Source: Camelus dromedarius
Lineage: Eukaryota
Direction: 5' to 3'
Assembly: GCF_036321535.1 (NCBI RefSeq)
Contig: NC_087436.1
Location: 90,708,001-90,772,000 of the forward strand
Length of the DNA stretch: 64,000 bases
Below, one piece after another: positions 50,711 through 63,914 of the stretch (positions within the stretch are counted from its first letter, which is position 1; every line of letters begins with the position of its first letter). The notes below the pieces were generated by a model that had not been told where the DNA came from, made no database searches, and saw nothing but the letters and a program-made list of their open reading frames with translations. Made by a program: the position numbers and the translations under genes.

Positions 50711-53700
50711 AACAATGTAGGTAAGAAATTAATGAGTCACTAAGTCACTGGTAAGAAAATATTGGTAAGAAAATATGCTGAGCCACTTTTAATATCCCCA
50801 GGTTTCTCTTATTTCCTCTTGGTTCTACTTTGAGGAAATTCTGTGCAGATGTTGGAGGTATTTTAACTTCTGTACTTCATTTTCCTCCTTTTTTTCTTTG
50901 CACCTCTCAGGTGAGAAAACAGCTCTCAGATGCTAGAAAGTGTTATGTTTATCATTCCCAGAAATAATGACACTAGAAACAATGCTCTCCTTCTTACTCC
51001 TGTGTGTTCTATTATATTTTGTTTTTAATAGATGCCTTTTCCCCAAGCTTCCATGCTTCCTGAACATTGTGTGAGATTGTTTTTTGATTACTAAGATGCA
51101 ATGCAAAAGGTGAGTTGAGAAACTATGACACACATTCAAGAGGGCAGTCCTCCTCCAGGTCAGAGTTAAGGAGATGAGCAGAAAGTCATTGTTCAAGGAT
51201 AGAGGGAGCAGATGGCTGGTGTCAGGCACGGGAATGTGGTAGAAACAGGCATTTGGGGGCACTCAATGATGATAGTGAGCAATAGAGATTTGGGGAATAG
51301 ACATAAATATGCAAATTTGGAGACTGACATGAACTGCCAAAAAGTTAATGGACAAGTGAAAATATCCAAATTAGTGTTAATGATGATAAGGAAGATAGGA
51401 AATCAGGTAGACTTAGTCTTGATAACAAAGAGTGTTAGTAATCTTATAAATTTGATTTATTAAAAATTATTTTTCCAGGAAGCAAACATATCCTCTCCCA
51501 CTCTGGACCAGAAAGCTTTAAGCCCATCTAACTGTGAAAGGCTCAAAATTTGCATAATAGCCTTGCTCACTTTGCCTTTACAGTTGCCCTAGCTAATTGG
51601 TTGAGCATGCCACTGATTTTCCCCAAATCTCTATGAGAAACAGACCTTCTGAGCTCTAAAATGTAGGCCACTTGTCATCAGTGCTCAGTGTAAAACATAT
51701 TGGTGGTGGCAGAGTCTAACCCTGAAATATCAAAGCGTTAAGACAAAGTACATAAACAAGACAGCATGTGCGACAGCCCTCTCCACTTTGTTGTTACATG
51801 CACTGTCACAACATTGGGAAGAAGAAACTCAGAAAGTTATTAAAATATTGCAGGTGTATAACCTCTATGAATGTGGGTCTCTCTGAATCAGGCCTTACTG
51901 CTGTAACAAAGTCTGGTTCCCTTAGGTTGACAATATTTTGTGCCAATAAAATCTCCCAAAAAATCCTGGCCAAAATTCTCAGCCTTGTGGTAAATTTCCT
52001 ATGACTTATAAAGAATCATGGTTCCAGTAAAAGGAGTAAGAGTGTCCAGTATCAGTAACAAGTATGTACAAGATTTAGTTTAAATAACTTGTCTCGAGCC
52101 TGATCATGAAATATCAAAAGTGATAGTACACTGATCTTCCAGTCTCTGTGGAAGGGTAAGAGTCAGACTTTAATGGGCGCTAATTAGCAGACACAGCCTA
52201 AACAAAGAAAATTTTTTTTTGCAAAATCAGGAATAATTCATTGGGCTGAACACATCTTGTTGACTAACTGCTATCCTAAAGTACCCAGTGCTTTTCTACT
52301 GGCTCACTTCAAGGCTTAAAAAATTCCCCCCTTTTCTTTCAGGGGAAAGGATTTCAGTCTCTCTCTTCTATTGCAATAATCTTAAAGTCTTCTTTATCCA
52401 GTGCAATTTTACTTTGACACCCAAGATGAATGCAGTTTGGTCTCGGGAGCATATTTACCCATTTGAGTATGACTTTGTGAATGACACAGTTTTTGCCAAA
52501 TGTCAGTGATATTTCAGAATTGTTTTCTACCTTCCCAAATATAAAGTTTATATGTCATTCATTCATATACTCTGTAATCAGAAATAACTAATGGCATAAT
52601 TCTGCAGAGAGCACATGCATCCAGAGTAACTGCCATATAAAAAGAGATGCAGCAGATACATGGAAACATGGACTAGAAAATATTTGTATATTCAATAGGT
52701 TTCTGAAAAATAAGAGTAAAAATATCTGTGAATACCAGAAAGCTGCTTTAGTTTTACTTATAAAAAGTACCATATTTTAAATTAGAATTTTGATCTCCGG
52801 GCAGCAAATAATAAATTAATATACTGTAATTTATAGACATAGAAATGCTTTTAACTATAGAAAAGCATAAGATTACCAAAACAAGGATTTGAACTATCAT
52901 CTTGTCACCATTAATTTAAAAAGTAACATGGAGCAGCCCTGAAGGTTAGAAGAGGATCTTTCTACCAATCCCCTGTAGCTTGGACTTTACGAAACATAGA
53001 CTTTTGGGGTTATTCCAGCAGGCTCATGTTAGTGGAATCTAAGTGCTACTGAGGACACAGCAGAAACTCTTTTGAATTTGGGTGTGTCTCTATTAAAAAG
53101 GATTTTCTCCATGTTCAAGCAAGGTCAGCCTGGCCATTTGAAGATAAATATACACATACACGAGAGGGTACACCTCTCTAAACAGGCTGCCGCATCTGTT
53201 CAAATAACACATTTTCCATTTTCATTACTTAAGTCACACGCTAACGGTGTGTTACAGATGCTGCAAGTTTTTTGGTAACACTATCCTGCTAACTTCTTTG
53301 GAAAGTATCCCTGTATATAATGCATTGCTACTCTGCATTCATAAAGTTTGCTTTGGTCTAAAAGGCATAGGGGCAAGTTTGCCTCCTGCTTTCTATCTTA
53401 TTTTATTGGAGAAAATTTTCAGTATTAACTGAACAAGATTTAAAAATATCAGATTACATAATTTTGAAAGAATGTATTCACATTATTCCCCCCAAGTAAA
53501 GTAATCTTATCAAGTTTATGCATACCTACATTAAATATATTTCATTGTTTTTGCTTTCTCATTATTTACCCAAGAAAGAATTACTGCAAAATATCTTTCA
53601 ACCAGCATCATTTTTACATTATAATACTGTACCTCAGAAATTTAGAAAAATCTGATAAATGTGAGGTTTTAATTGCCTTGGGTCTTTTTAATACATTAAT

Positions 53701-54328
53701 TAAAAATATTAATCAAACTGTCTAAAGCATCTGTATTACATGTACTCACAAGAGTTGTTATAACTCAGAGGCTTGGGGTGAGGCACACTCTGATCTTAAT
53801 CATTGGAGATAGTAAAAAGTCAGTGTCACGAAAACAGGGTAACTGGGCAACTGATGAAATGCTCAAATGGGCAAATGCAAGCTGATCTAGATGGGTGTCA
53901 AAGATGGAAAAATGAAAATTCAGGGGGGAGGGAGAGGTGGGGTAAGATAGAATGAAGATTGATGAGAACCAACTTTTGAAGACAAGGTGAGAAGAAATCG
54001 ATATCTTGGGCAGCTGATGCATATATAGTCAGAAGGTAGAAAGAGTAGAATTCAGCTCCCAAGCAGAAAGGTTCTTAAAAGCCAGCATTCTCAGGTTTCT
54101 AGAAAACTGGGCTGTGACTCACCACAGATCCTGGCCTCCAAGCCAAACCTAATAGTGTCAAAGAGAAACAGAAGACAGAAACTTTCTCATTTTGATTTGA
54201 CAAATGCAGTATACAAAATGAGGAGACATTGCAACATTTAATACTCTAGGGTGACCAGGGCTTACTCTATGAAAACAGTTCAATAGTAATACAATGAAAT
54301 CCAGACTTCACAAGGCTCAGGCTATTCA

Positions 54329-54545
54329 TCAGTTGTGTACAGAAGCTGGCTTGAAAGGTCAGGACAGCCGGTAAGTGGGTACACCTCTTCCCAACTTCAT
54401 CGTCAGTGACTTCATGACAGTAGTTTGAAACTGGCTATGTCAGGAGTATTTCTGCATTGGAAATTGGCAAATGCTACAAGTCAGGGCTTTTTGCCTTTTT
54501 TTTTTCTTTTCCTCAAGGCAGTTGTTAAACATTTACCAGCACATT
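54329..54545 (+). mobile_element. MER63A-like hAT-Blackjack MITE
   Basis: cacctcttcccaacttcatcgtcagtgac...ggaaattggcaaatgctacaagtcagggc...gttgttaaacatttaccagcaca. Confidence 0.85.
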
Positions 54546-55004
54546 CTAGCTCCTTTTATTTGTTTACCTCTTCCAGTCAGAGTTAGCGCAAGACCTGAGT
54601 TTAACAATGAAAATCTTCATCCCTGACTCAAATCAACAGGGACTAGGATGAGAGATTTGATCTTCTGTTTTCCCCAGCTACTATTTTGTGACACAAAATA
54701 ACCACTTGGGTATCATACTTGTAACAATAACAAAGTTACAAAACAATCAAAAACATTTTAAAACCTGTTAATGTTACTGTGTTATAATAATAGTATGTAT
54801 CTTCTTAAACTCCTAGAGAGTTGTTTGGAAATGTTTATCAAGATAATTTCATTTTTTGTATCTCAAAGATTAACCATTCAGGACACCAACAAAATTAATT
54901 GCTTAAACCAGTATTTCCCCCACATTTTCAGTGAAATGTGGCCCACTACATTTTGAGACTAAAACTATTTCCATAATCATATAAATTTGGAAAATAGAAT
55001 GTGT

Positions 55005-55340
55005 ACTGTTCAAATAAGGATCAGTGTAGTTACAACCTCAAAATCTCTGTAGTTACAAAAATGGAGACAGATTTTCTTCTCATGTCAGTTCATTACTGGT
55101 CAGCTGCAACCATGCGCTCTTCATCCAGGGACTCGGGGTTAGGGAGCTGCCCCTATCTAGGGCATGCTAACTGGTGACAGAGGGAAAAGAGGGATAGTGG
55201 AATCATGACGGTGATGCCTCTTAAACGTCCTTCTGTTCATAAATAGCACAGCTCCACTCATTTTTTTTTCCCCACCAAAACCAGGTCAGTGGAGTAGAAC
55301 TCATAATCCTCTCCAAGGACTCATAAATAATTAGAACAAT
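55005..55340 (-). mobile_element. Old MaLR LTR (MLT1J/K/L-like), reverse
   Basis: acaacctcaaaatctctgtag...tttcttctcatg...catccagggactcgggg...ggtgacagagggaaaagag. Confidence 0.65.
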
Positions 55341-55959
55341 AATGCAATCTAACTCATGCACCACACTGTATTCTCCTCTTTGACATTCACATGTTGTGTT
55401 AATGTTTTGCAGAAATTTGGAGTAAAAAAAAAAAAGTCCTTTAAAATTGACTTCCATTTCCATTGGAAGTAGGTCGCCATTTATCACAGGTTGCCACTGT
55501 TTCTAACACATAATTAGGATCCTAGAAGGTCACTGCCTGTCAGCTTAGAATATCTATAGATATATATAAACAATTCAAGTTGCCAATTTCATCCAGAAGA
55601 CTTGAGTTTTTCTTTTTATTAAGTAAAAAAATGCAGAAGTTTTTTTTTTTTTTTTGAGGAAACTTGAAATCAGTCCTACCATACCTCACTTCACTGTGCT
55701 ATTTGAATTAACACCCCAAAAATGATTCTCTCCTTTCTGAGGGAATCCCTCAAAAATAAGTCTTTTCCTGGTTCCACAAAGTTTTACATTCACAAAGCTC
55801 TGTGCTTTCTTGGTCTTGATGCAATTTCCCACTGTTCTCTTTTGCAAAACTTTTTCCTCTGACCTTTTTAGTCCCTGTCTCACAATAACAAATAAATCTG
55901 TCTAGTTGACCTATTCCTAATGTCCCTTCTAGCTCCTTGTCTTAATGCCTCCTACTTGA

Positions 55960-56425
55960 ATATACTTCTCCTTAATATCATCTGTTCACACGCAGTACTG
56001 CTATTCCCACCTGCTAAGCAGCCCATCACCATGTATCCTAAGGGACAGAGGTTAGAAAAATTATTTCCAGACTCATTGGCCAGCACCATTCTGGTGTAGG
56101 TTCTGGTGTAGAGTCTACTAACCAGAGTCATTTGTGTGTACAAGTTGGAAGCTAGAAGAGCAGGTGTAGGTCAGCATTCAGCCGACTGTGGATCTGAGAC
56201 TTACCCGGTGGAACTGGTGCTTCCTCCTGTTAATCTACTTCCAGTCTACAGGTAGCCACGATTATTAGCAATGGTTTTCTCTTTTTTTTTTTTTTTCCCC
56301 TCATAATAATGTCCTAAATGAACAAGGCATCTTCCCCATTTTGTAAGCCTCTAATTCTCTACAGCAAATCCTTTCCTTGAAATAGCTAGAGGCATCTGTT
56401 TTCCTGACAGATTTCTGGCTGACAG
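55960..56425 (+). mobile_element. Possible old ERVL LTR (LTR16/LTR33-like)
   Basis: The 3' end aaatcctttccttgaaatagctagaggcatctgttttcctgacagatttctggctgaca resembles ERVL LTR termini. 5' boundary uncertain. Confidence 0.45.
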
Positions 56426-58177
56426 AACACTGCTTCCCTTACAAAACCCTATTAAATGCTGTCCTCTCAGTCTCCCATCTTTGGCAGGGGAACGTCACGA
56501 TAGCCGTTTACTTCGTGGTGCTCATTTTGGACAAGCACTGCTTCGTCCTCCTCTGTATCAAGCAGCTGCTCACCAGTCTCATTTACTCATCAGTCGTCTT
56601 GGCTCCTCACTTGTCATCTTCCTTTTTATTCTGACATTTATCCCCATCTTCAGTAAACTAGTGACCAGGTGACAAAGTTATCTGAATCTAGAGACTTTAT
56701 TTTCTGGTTTTGCAAAATTCTACTTATCTCATACACATTCCACTCCCCCAGTCCCCTCTGGTGTCCCCGTCCTGGACTCTGCTGTCACCCAATATCACTT
56801 CTGTTTCTCAAACCTTAAATTACAAAATCTCGCTCTGATCAAAACATTCTGCCCTTCTCACTAAAGCTGCTAGCATCAGCTTATTTCCATCAAATTTGGC
56901 CTTCAATCAAAGAATTCGTCATTTCTATGGCTACTCCCAAGTAATGAACACAGCGATGAAAAATAGTTATCCAGACTGATGCCACTAAAATGTCATAATC
57001 TTCAACATTAACACAGCACAGCACTTTTTCTCCCGCCTTCGTCAGCTTTCTCCCTTATTTTCCTCTCTCTCGCTATTATTAACTGATGCTCAGTGACTAA
57101 GGAAAAGTTCTTGATGTAGTCTCTCAAACTGACATTTACCAAGCCCTGGCCTCTGAATTCCAAATCTGCCTACTCCAGCATCATTTCTGAATGCGTCCTA
57201 AGAAATAGTTACCTTGTAATTACACAGAAATCTGGTGACTCCCAGCTCTATATTTCAATTCCAAATCTATCTCTCAAATTTTCAACCAGTTTCTGCAGAT
57301 AAGTAGCTAAGGAACTGTTTTAAATAATACCTTAAAGTATTACTCTCCTCACCTATGCAGAGAAAGTGATGTGAGACTGTCTCCAAGGTCTTTCATATTT
57401 CCAGGCTCCCCCAGGTTTATTTTAATCAATTACTGTTTATTGTGTACCAAGACAATAATTGTAGTCATGGGTATTTTATAGTAATTGTGTCAGTTAGAGA
57501 CAATTCTTTATTGGACACTCAACAGCAGAAAAATGTGAATCAATTAAATAGGCCAGAGTTTTTGGTGGATAAAAGAAAAATAATTTTCTGCTATTTACTA
57601 GGCTCAAAGAGTATATTTCTTTTATGGCATTAATTTACAAGTTACAAGTAAAGTATGAGGTATCTTCATCAGGGATCTATCTTCTCCAAAAGATCTACTT
57701 GTCCAAGTTTCTTTGGTATAAAAATCCCAAAATATTTCCCTCCAGGCCCATTGGCTTATCTTTTCTACAGTTGCTGTGAACTCCTTTCATAGAACATAGA
57801 CTCTTGGTCCTATCATATATCCATCTTTTATTTCTTTTTAGTACATAATTCATTCCAATGCCTCTCAGCAGAGAAAAATGCAAATCCTTACCTATTCCAT
57901 TATATACTATTTTATTTAGTATTTAGTAATCCAGTGATTTTTTAAAATTTTATTTTATCACTTTTTTAGGGTACCAAGTATTTTTAACTTTGCTTTTTGT
58001 TCTTTTCGTTCTTTTCCTGACATTCTTGTAGTATTCTTGACAACTTAAGGCAATTGCTATCTTCCGGACTGCAATTAGTATGAGACTCACACCTAATAAG
58101 TTTAAGTGTAACAAGATTAAGAATCATCTGCTGAGAAAATGACAGAACTGAAAAGACATCTTTGCTAAGATCTTTAC

Positions 58178-58780
58178 AGTGGTTTCCAACCAGCATTAGT
58201 ACACTCACTCTTACTGTCCCAGGGTCTACATAGGGGACATTTGGAAATGTATAGAGTCATATTTGGTTGGTACTGTGACTGGAGCAGAGAGCTATGACTG
58301 GCATTTAGTGTTTGGAGGACAGAGATGCTAAATTTCCTAAAATGCTAAATAGAGTCCTGCAAAATTAAAAATCATTCTGCTCAATATATCAATGTGAAGG
58401 CTAATACCATCTTCTCCCAGCAACAGCTTAAGCAGTTAGGAAATTTAAGCAAATAAATAAGGGAGAAATTGAATATATTTACTAATTCTCTGTGACTAGA
58501 TCCTCCTGGTATAATTTCATTATTTGTTGGCAGTGTGGTGAATTTTTCCAACATCAAACACTTTGGAACCATATTCAAGTATATCTGTAAAAACTCACTT
58601 AGAAAACATTTCATGAATTCTTCCATTTAGGTTAAAAAAAAACAAAACAAAACACTATGCATATTTCTTGAGTCTCAGAACTTTAATCCACATTGCAAAT
58701 AATTCATAGTTGACTATAAAATCCTTATAACATTAACCACAATTATGTCTCAATGATCCTATTAGCCATTATCAACTGAA
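58178..58780 (+). mobile_element. MER20/MER20B hAT-Charlie element
   Basis: cagtggtttccaacc...ggggacatttggaaatgt...actggcatttagtg...gagatgctaaatttcctaaaatgc. 3' extent approximate. Confidence 0.75.
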
Positions 58781-61379
58781 ATTTTAAATGCTGACACATC
58801 TGTAGTTACTAATTTATAATTGGTTTTTCATTATTTAAAGGGAGTCAACATACTTATGGATGATAAAAGTGCCTGAGATAAGACATCTTATCTGACCAAA
58901 TGAATGCAAATGGCAATGAGTGTTTGAACCTAGAACAAGTATCTGGAGGCTGTAGTAATGACAAGCAGTTTCTATGACAACCATGTCAACGATCTGTGCA
59001 GAAGGATCCACATTTCAAAGATAATGTTAATTCTGCCTGGGACCAGTACGTCAATGTTATTAGCCATATTTTTGTCTCTCTTCAGCTAATTGCTTTGTGG
59101 CTTGTATCAGTCATAGGTCTGTCAGTAAACATAATTACTTTGCACTAAGACCATAACTTAATTAGAATTTCAGAAGGATTAAAATTCAACAATAGGTTTA
59201 CAAATCTGTGACTGAGGTCTCCCACACGGGGGCATTGAGATCAAATCCTGGAGGTGCGTAAAGAGAGAGATAATGCAACCCACAGTGTCTGTCTCTGAAC
59301 CCTGCTTAGCCAAGGAGAATCAATCCTGAAGACTCTTCACATTTTTCTCCAGGCTGGATGTTATTAATATTGATAATACAGCAAATTTCTTATAGTGAAG
59401 GCTAGAATTTGCATTTAATTAAAAGTGAAAATCTGGGTAAGGTTGCTCTCCAGGAAGTTTGGGAGCAGACTCCATTACAAGAAGGAACGGGAACAGACCT
59501 GAGTATCACTCATTTGGTCTGGTTTTGGCATGATTTTCCTCTACATCCTTGTAGAAAGGGAACACTGGGATAAGGGCAAGTAATCAGCCTCCAAATTCTG
59601 CTAATTTACAGCCCACCCTACTATGCTCCAGTTACCCTTATCATTTCTTCAATATGTAATTGGATTCCAGAGTTTAGAATAAACAGATCTGGTCTGATTT
59701 TGTTTATAAATTTCCTAAACTAGTTCTTTCAACAATATGTAAAAAGGACTATATCAAGTTCTTTAAGCTCTTGCATATCTTTTCCAAAGTTAAAAATACG
59801 ATTTGTTGAGTCATTACTGGAAGGGGAAAAAGCAAAGGCAAAGTGTTACCACCTGCAGCCAGCAAGCTCGGGGTTGAAGCAAGCCTGTCAGTGAGTGACC
59901 ATATATTTACTGGCAACATGCCATGGAAAAGCGCAGTAAACAACACAGGTGCTTGTCCTCATGGACCTTACAGATGGAAAAGGTATGTTATTCAGAACTC
60001 TTGACTTTTGCAGTAACAGTAATATATGATAAAGTTGTGGCTGAAGCACAAACATAAATAAAGAAGCCAGAATCCTTTAGGTTTGAAACTATCTTAATGT
60101 TCAGTGTCCAGAAGCCCGGGAGGACCATTTATGGGTAAACCGAGGACTGCTTCTCAGACCAGAACATCTCTCTACAATGTCTGTTTCTGCCCTTGGTCAG
60201 GCACTAAGGACATAACCTGTCCTTTCCTTCTGAAATCATCAGCACTGTTTAGACTAGGAGCCTTTTTCTTTAGCTTTCCCCTTTTTGCTCCTCTACAGAG
60301 GGTCATACTTGTTACCAAGAGTTTTACTGCTCTTTGTCACTAAGAAACAAAAAACAATAAAAACAATAAATATCAAGGAATTCACAAAGACTAAGAAATG
60401 TTCCTAAATTGTAGAAATGGCCCCAAGTGAATTGATTTTTATTTCCTTGCTATTATAGTGATAGGAAGCATCCTGAATTCTAAGTTCCACTCCTCTTCTT
60501 AGGGAGCGGCCGGGGTGGGGGGGTGTTTTCCTGCTCCTCCTTCCTCATCCCAGTGTCCTGAGCTCATCTTGAACTGAATACAAGCATACTCAGAACAACC
60601 CTTGATTCCTCCGTTGCTTCAGCTGGTCAATTTTCTTTGTGAAGATTTCAGGACTGAACGTCACTCATCTCTCAGTGCATGCCATTTATATAACCATATA
60701 GATTAGCTTTCACAAGTTTATGTATGGTGAAACTCAAATTTAAAAATGGTATGATTCAAAGCTTGCCTACTGGAACTAGTTATCAGCATCACTGCCAGGC
60801 AGTAGAGTGGCTCTATAATATTTTGCACGTTTCTTAATCACCAGCTATTGAGCAGTCAGAGACTGATATTTATTTCACTCTAAACAGAAAATGGTATTGA
60901 GGGTTAGCTAGATTAAGATAGCTAGGAGACTTGGAAGGTGTAAAAATAAAAACAAAACACAAACAAAATTGGAGGAGATACTAGCTACAGATTGAAGGTC
61001 ATTCAATTAGTTAGGAAGAGTCAATTGTTTGGAAGATAAAGCCATAGCTAAGTAGGCAATAATACAGGCTATTTTCAATAAAATACTAAATGGCAAATCC
61101 AGAAGATGAGTGACAAGCTGCCTAAAACGGTGGCAAGAAGCCTAAGATAACGCCTGGCAAAGGGCAGTCAGCACATTCTAACAGCACATAGCAGGACTTG
61201 TACTGATTATAGAATGGGCACCGTCGTAATTACAGAACAGGATATTTGCTGTGTGTATTCTGGGTGGAGGCAGGGACCGCAAGGTGAGAGAAAATAGACA
61301 TCACTCATGGGAAACTAGTGAAGCAGAGACGGGATCATTTATAAGGACCTGGGGATGCAAAAATGGGTGAAAGTACAAG

Positions 61380-62035
61380 GAGTGAAATAATGTTGGTCGA
61401 AGTACCTCCCACAACATATGCATCCATTACAAAGGAAAAAACTGACAAACCACGTTGTGAAGACACTAGTAGATGCCACCTTCACCAAGTGATCAAGGTG
61501 CATGTCACCAGCACTGAGACAAACCAGCATCGTACATCACAGCACAAAATAACTGGCCTGTCTCTCAACAATGCCAACGTTGGGGGTGGGGGTGGGAAGC
61601 AAAACTAAAGGCTGTATGAGATTAATGGAGACCAAAGACAATGACTACTGGAAGCAATGTAAGATCCAGGGTTTTTTTTTTTTTTTTTTTTTTTTTTTGC
61701 TATTAATACCATAATTGCAGCAATTGGCAATATCTGAATAAAAACTATAGGTTGCATACTATTATTTGTCTTCAATAATTTCCTGATGATGGCAATTAAG
61801 CAAAATGGTACACCTGCTTATTTAGGAAGAAGACACTGAAGATTTATGGGTCAAGAGGCATCAAGTTTTCAGCTTAGTCTCAATTTATACAAATCATGTT
61901 TACATAGTATAGAAAGGAAAAGATGAAGACACATAAGACGTTAGTATTTGGGTGATCTGGGTAGAAAGAAATCTTCTGTACTATTACACAAAATTTTTTG
62001 TAAGTCTAAAAGTATGTCACAGTAAAAATAAAAAA
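61380..62035 (+). mobile_element. L1MC4/L1ME-like 3' UTR fragment (contains T27 run at 61672-61698)
   Basis: attacaaaggaaaaa...ccaccttcaccaagtgatcaaggt..atgtcaccag; ttctgtactattacacaaaattttttgtaagtctaaaa. Confidence 0.75.
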
Positions 62036-62149
62036 GGTCTTTTTAACCAGGCAATTTTTCAAACCAGGTACTCAGACACAGGAAAGTAAGATAAGGGCCC
62101 ACTTACTGGAAGTAGGAAGAAACTAAAGTCTCAAGAACAAAAGAGTGTT

Positions 62150-62560
62150 ACCAAGGACGTTTTTTACTGTTAGTAATAGAAGCCTAACAAGACTTGATTT
62201 AAACAAGCAACAACAAAAAAGGGTTTTGTAGGGATACTGGGGTAAATCACAGACTTAACAGGGAGGCTGCAGAAACCAGGGAAGTTCTGGTAATCTCCGA
62301 GCCTAAAAGCAAGCAGACAGGTCTATAAATACATTTCTCAAACCCTTATGAAGCCCTTAGCTTATTTCTGAGTATCTGCCTCATGTAAGATCAGATGTCA
62401 GGGACAGGCATTGATTTAACTGGCATTGGTCACTCAGGGGACCAGTCAATCACTTTAGATGCGGGATCAGCCTTATGATCAACCCTCTGTGTCATATGTC
62501 AAACCCTGGGGGTGGAGGGATGGATGCACAGCTACCGTGGAGTACTGTGACTGGCAGCTG
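62150..62560 (-). mobile_element. Old MaLR LTR fragment, reverse
   Basis: gttagtaatagaagcctaacaagacttgatttaaacaa...gggatactggggtaaatcacaga. Weak similarity only. Confidence 0.5.
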
Positions 62561-62779
62561 TGTGACAAATTTTACGGTTGCACTGGGCGAAGGATCAGCT
62601 CCCTAAAAGTTAGGAGCAAGTATTGCAATATTACAACCAGAGATATGGTTTGAGTGAAGATAGATTCCAATCCCTCATCAAGGGTGGGCCCTAATTTTTC
62701 CAACTTAATGCATTGGATAATACGCCTTGGACAAGAAATGTAAAGCCAATACACTGGTAAGAGTTGAGCAAGAGAAGAG

Positions 62780-62935
62780 AAAAAACTAGAATTTGATGAC
62801 ATTTTTTGAGCTCAAGGAGACCATAACTGAAGCCAGTTCCACCACTGAACTAATTAATAGAACCAATAAACTTCTTTGCTTATATCCAGTTGGGGGTAGT
62901 TTTCTGTCACCTGCATCAGAAATATCCTGACTCAA
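62780..62935 (+). mobile_element. Old MaLR LTR 3' end (MLT1J/K-like)
   Basis: ctgaagccag...aaccaataaacttctttgcttatatccagttggggg..gttttctgtcacctgcatcagaaatatcctgact. Confidence 0.7.
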
Positions 62936-63914
62936 GTGTTCTACTAACAAAAGAAGAGGGAAAAAAATGCATGGTGTTCCCGCAACACACACACACACAC
63001 TTTAATGGAGAGCTTTCATCACTATAAGTAGAAAACAAGATCAAATCAAACTCAAAATAAGCTTATCTTGATGGTGAATCAGTGTAACTCAAACGTTCTT
63101 TAGATCCACTTAACAGACACAACCTCCATCTTAGTGTCTGGGGTAGGGCCATTTTTATAAGTGAGGAGAAAAAAGCAGAAGAGACTTGAGAACAGGGAAT
63201 CAAACATGTGATAATAATTTTGACTTGAGAACTGCAGAATTATTACTTGCCTAAATTTATTCGAGCCAAGGAAACTTATGTAGACGACTTCCAAGAGATG
63301 TACACTTTCCTTACCCTATTAACACCCATCAATTTGTACAAGAATTTGAATTAGGTTTCAAAGAGTGCATTAACTGACAAATTTCAAATTGTACCTTCTT
63401 TTCTGTCATCTTATTACCATCCCTAAAAGAGAGATGATCAAATTTATGGCTTGAAGAATTAACAGATATTGGTAATTCATTGTCTTCAGCTTTAAGATTT
63501 AAAGGCTGACATTTTGAAAATAAATGGCTGACTTAATACATCTCTCTAAGCTGGTTGCTTAATATCTCTATTTCTATTTTTATCTGTAAATGGCATTAAT
63601 TATATTTTCCGACCTCCCATAAGAGCTATAATTACTGTTGGTAAAGCACTTAGGTTTCCATGGATAAGGGAGACTGCGTAAGGGCCATGTATTATCCTCG
63701 TCATTATCACTGCCCTGGGCAGCTGCTCATTAATAAGTGCCTTTGAGTAAAACCCCATGAAAGGTTTAATAGATGTGAGACAGAAATTGGTCAACCTTAG
63801 CCGTATTCACTGCCAAATTCAAGTCCAAGGAGGAAGAACTTCTCTTTAATTAGATCCCATCAAATGTCATCAGAAAAGGAATACAATAGTTTTAAAGTGT
63901 TTTGACAACTCAGC

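Noticed and set aside
50749..50776. 14-bp tandem duplication TGGTAAGAAAATAT x2 (similar cases at ~28627 and ~56089)
   Set aside because: Ordinary slippage-type micro-duplications.
60500..60525. G-rich tract (possible G-quadruplex or promoter)
   Set aside because: Very short, with no CpG island or supporting context.
696..63794. Remaining 60-130 aa ORFs in the track
   Set aside because: Low-complexity or repeat-derived, often with non-ATG starts and no recognisable domains. Their lengths are consistent with chance in AT-rich mammalian DNA.
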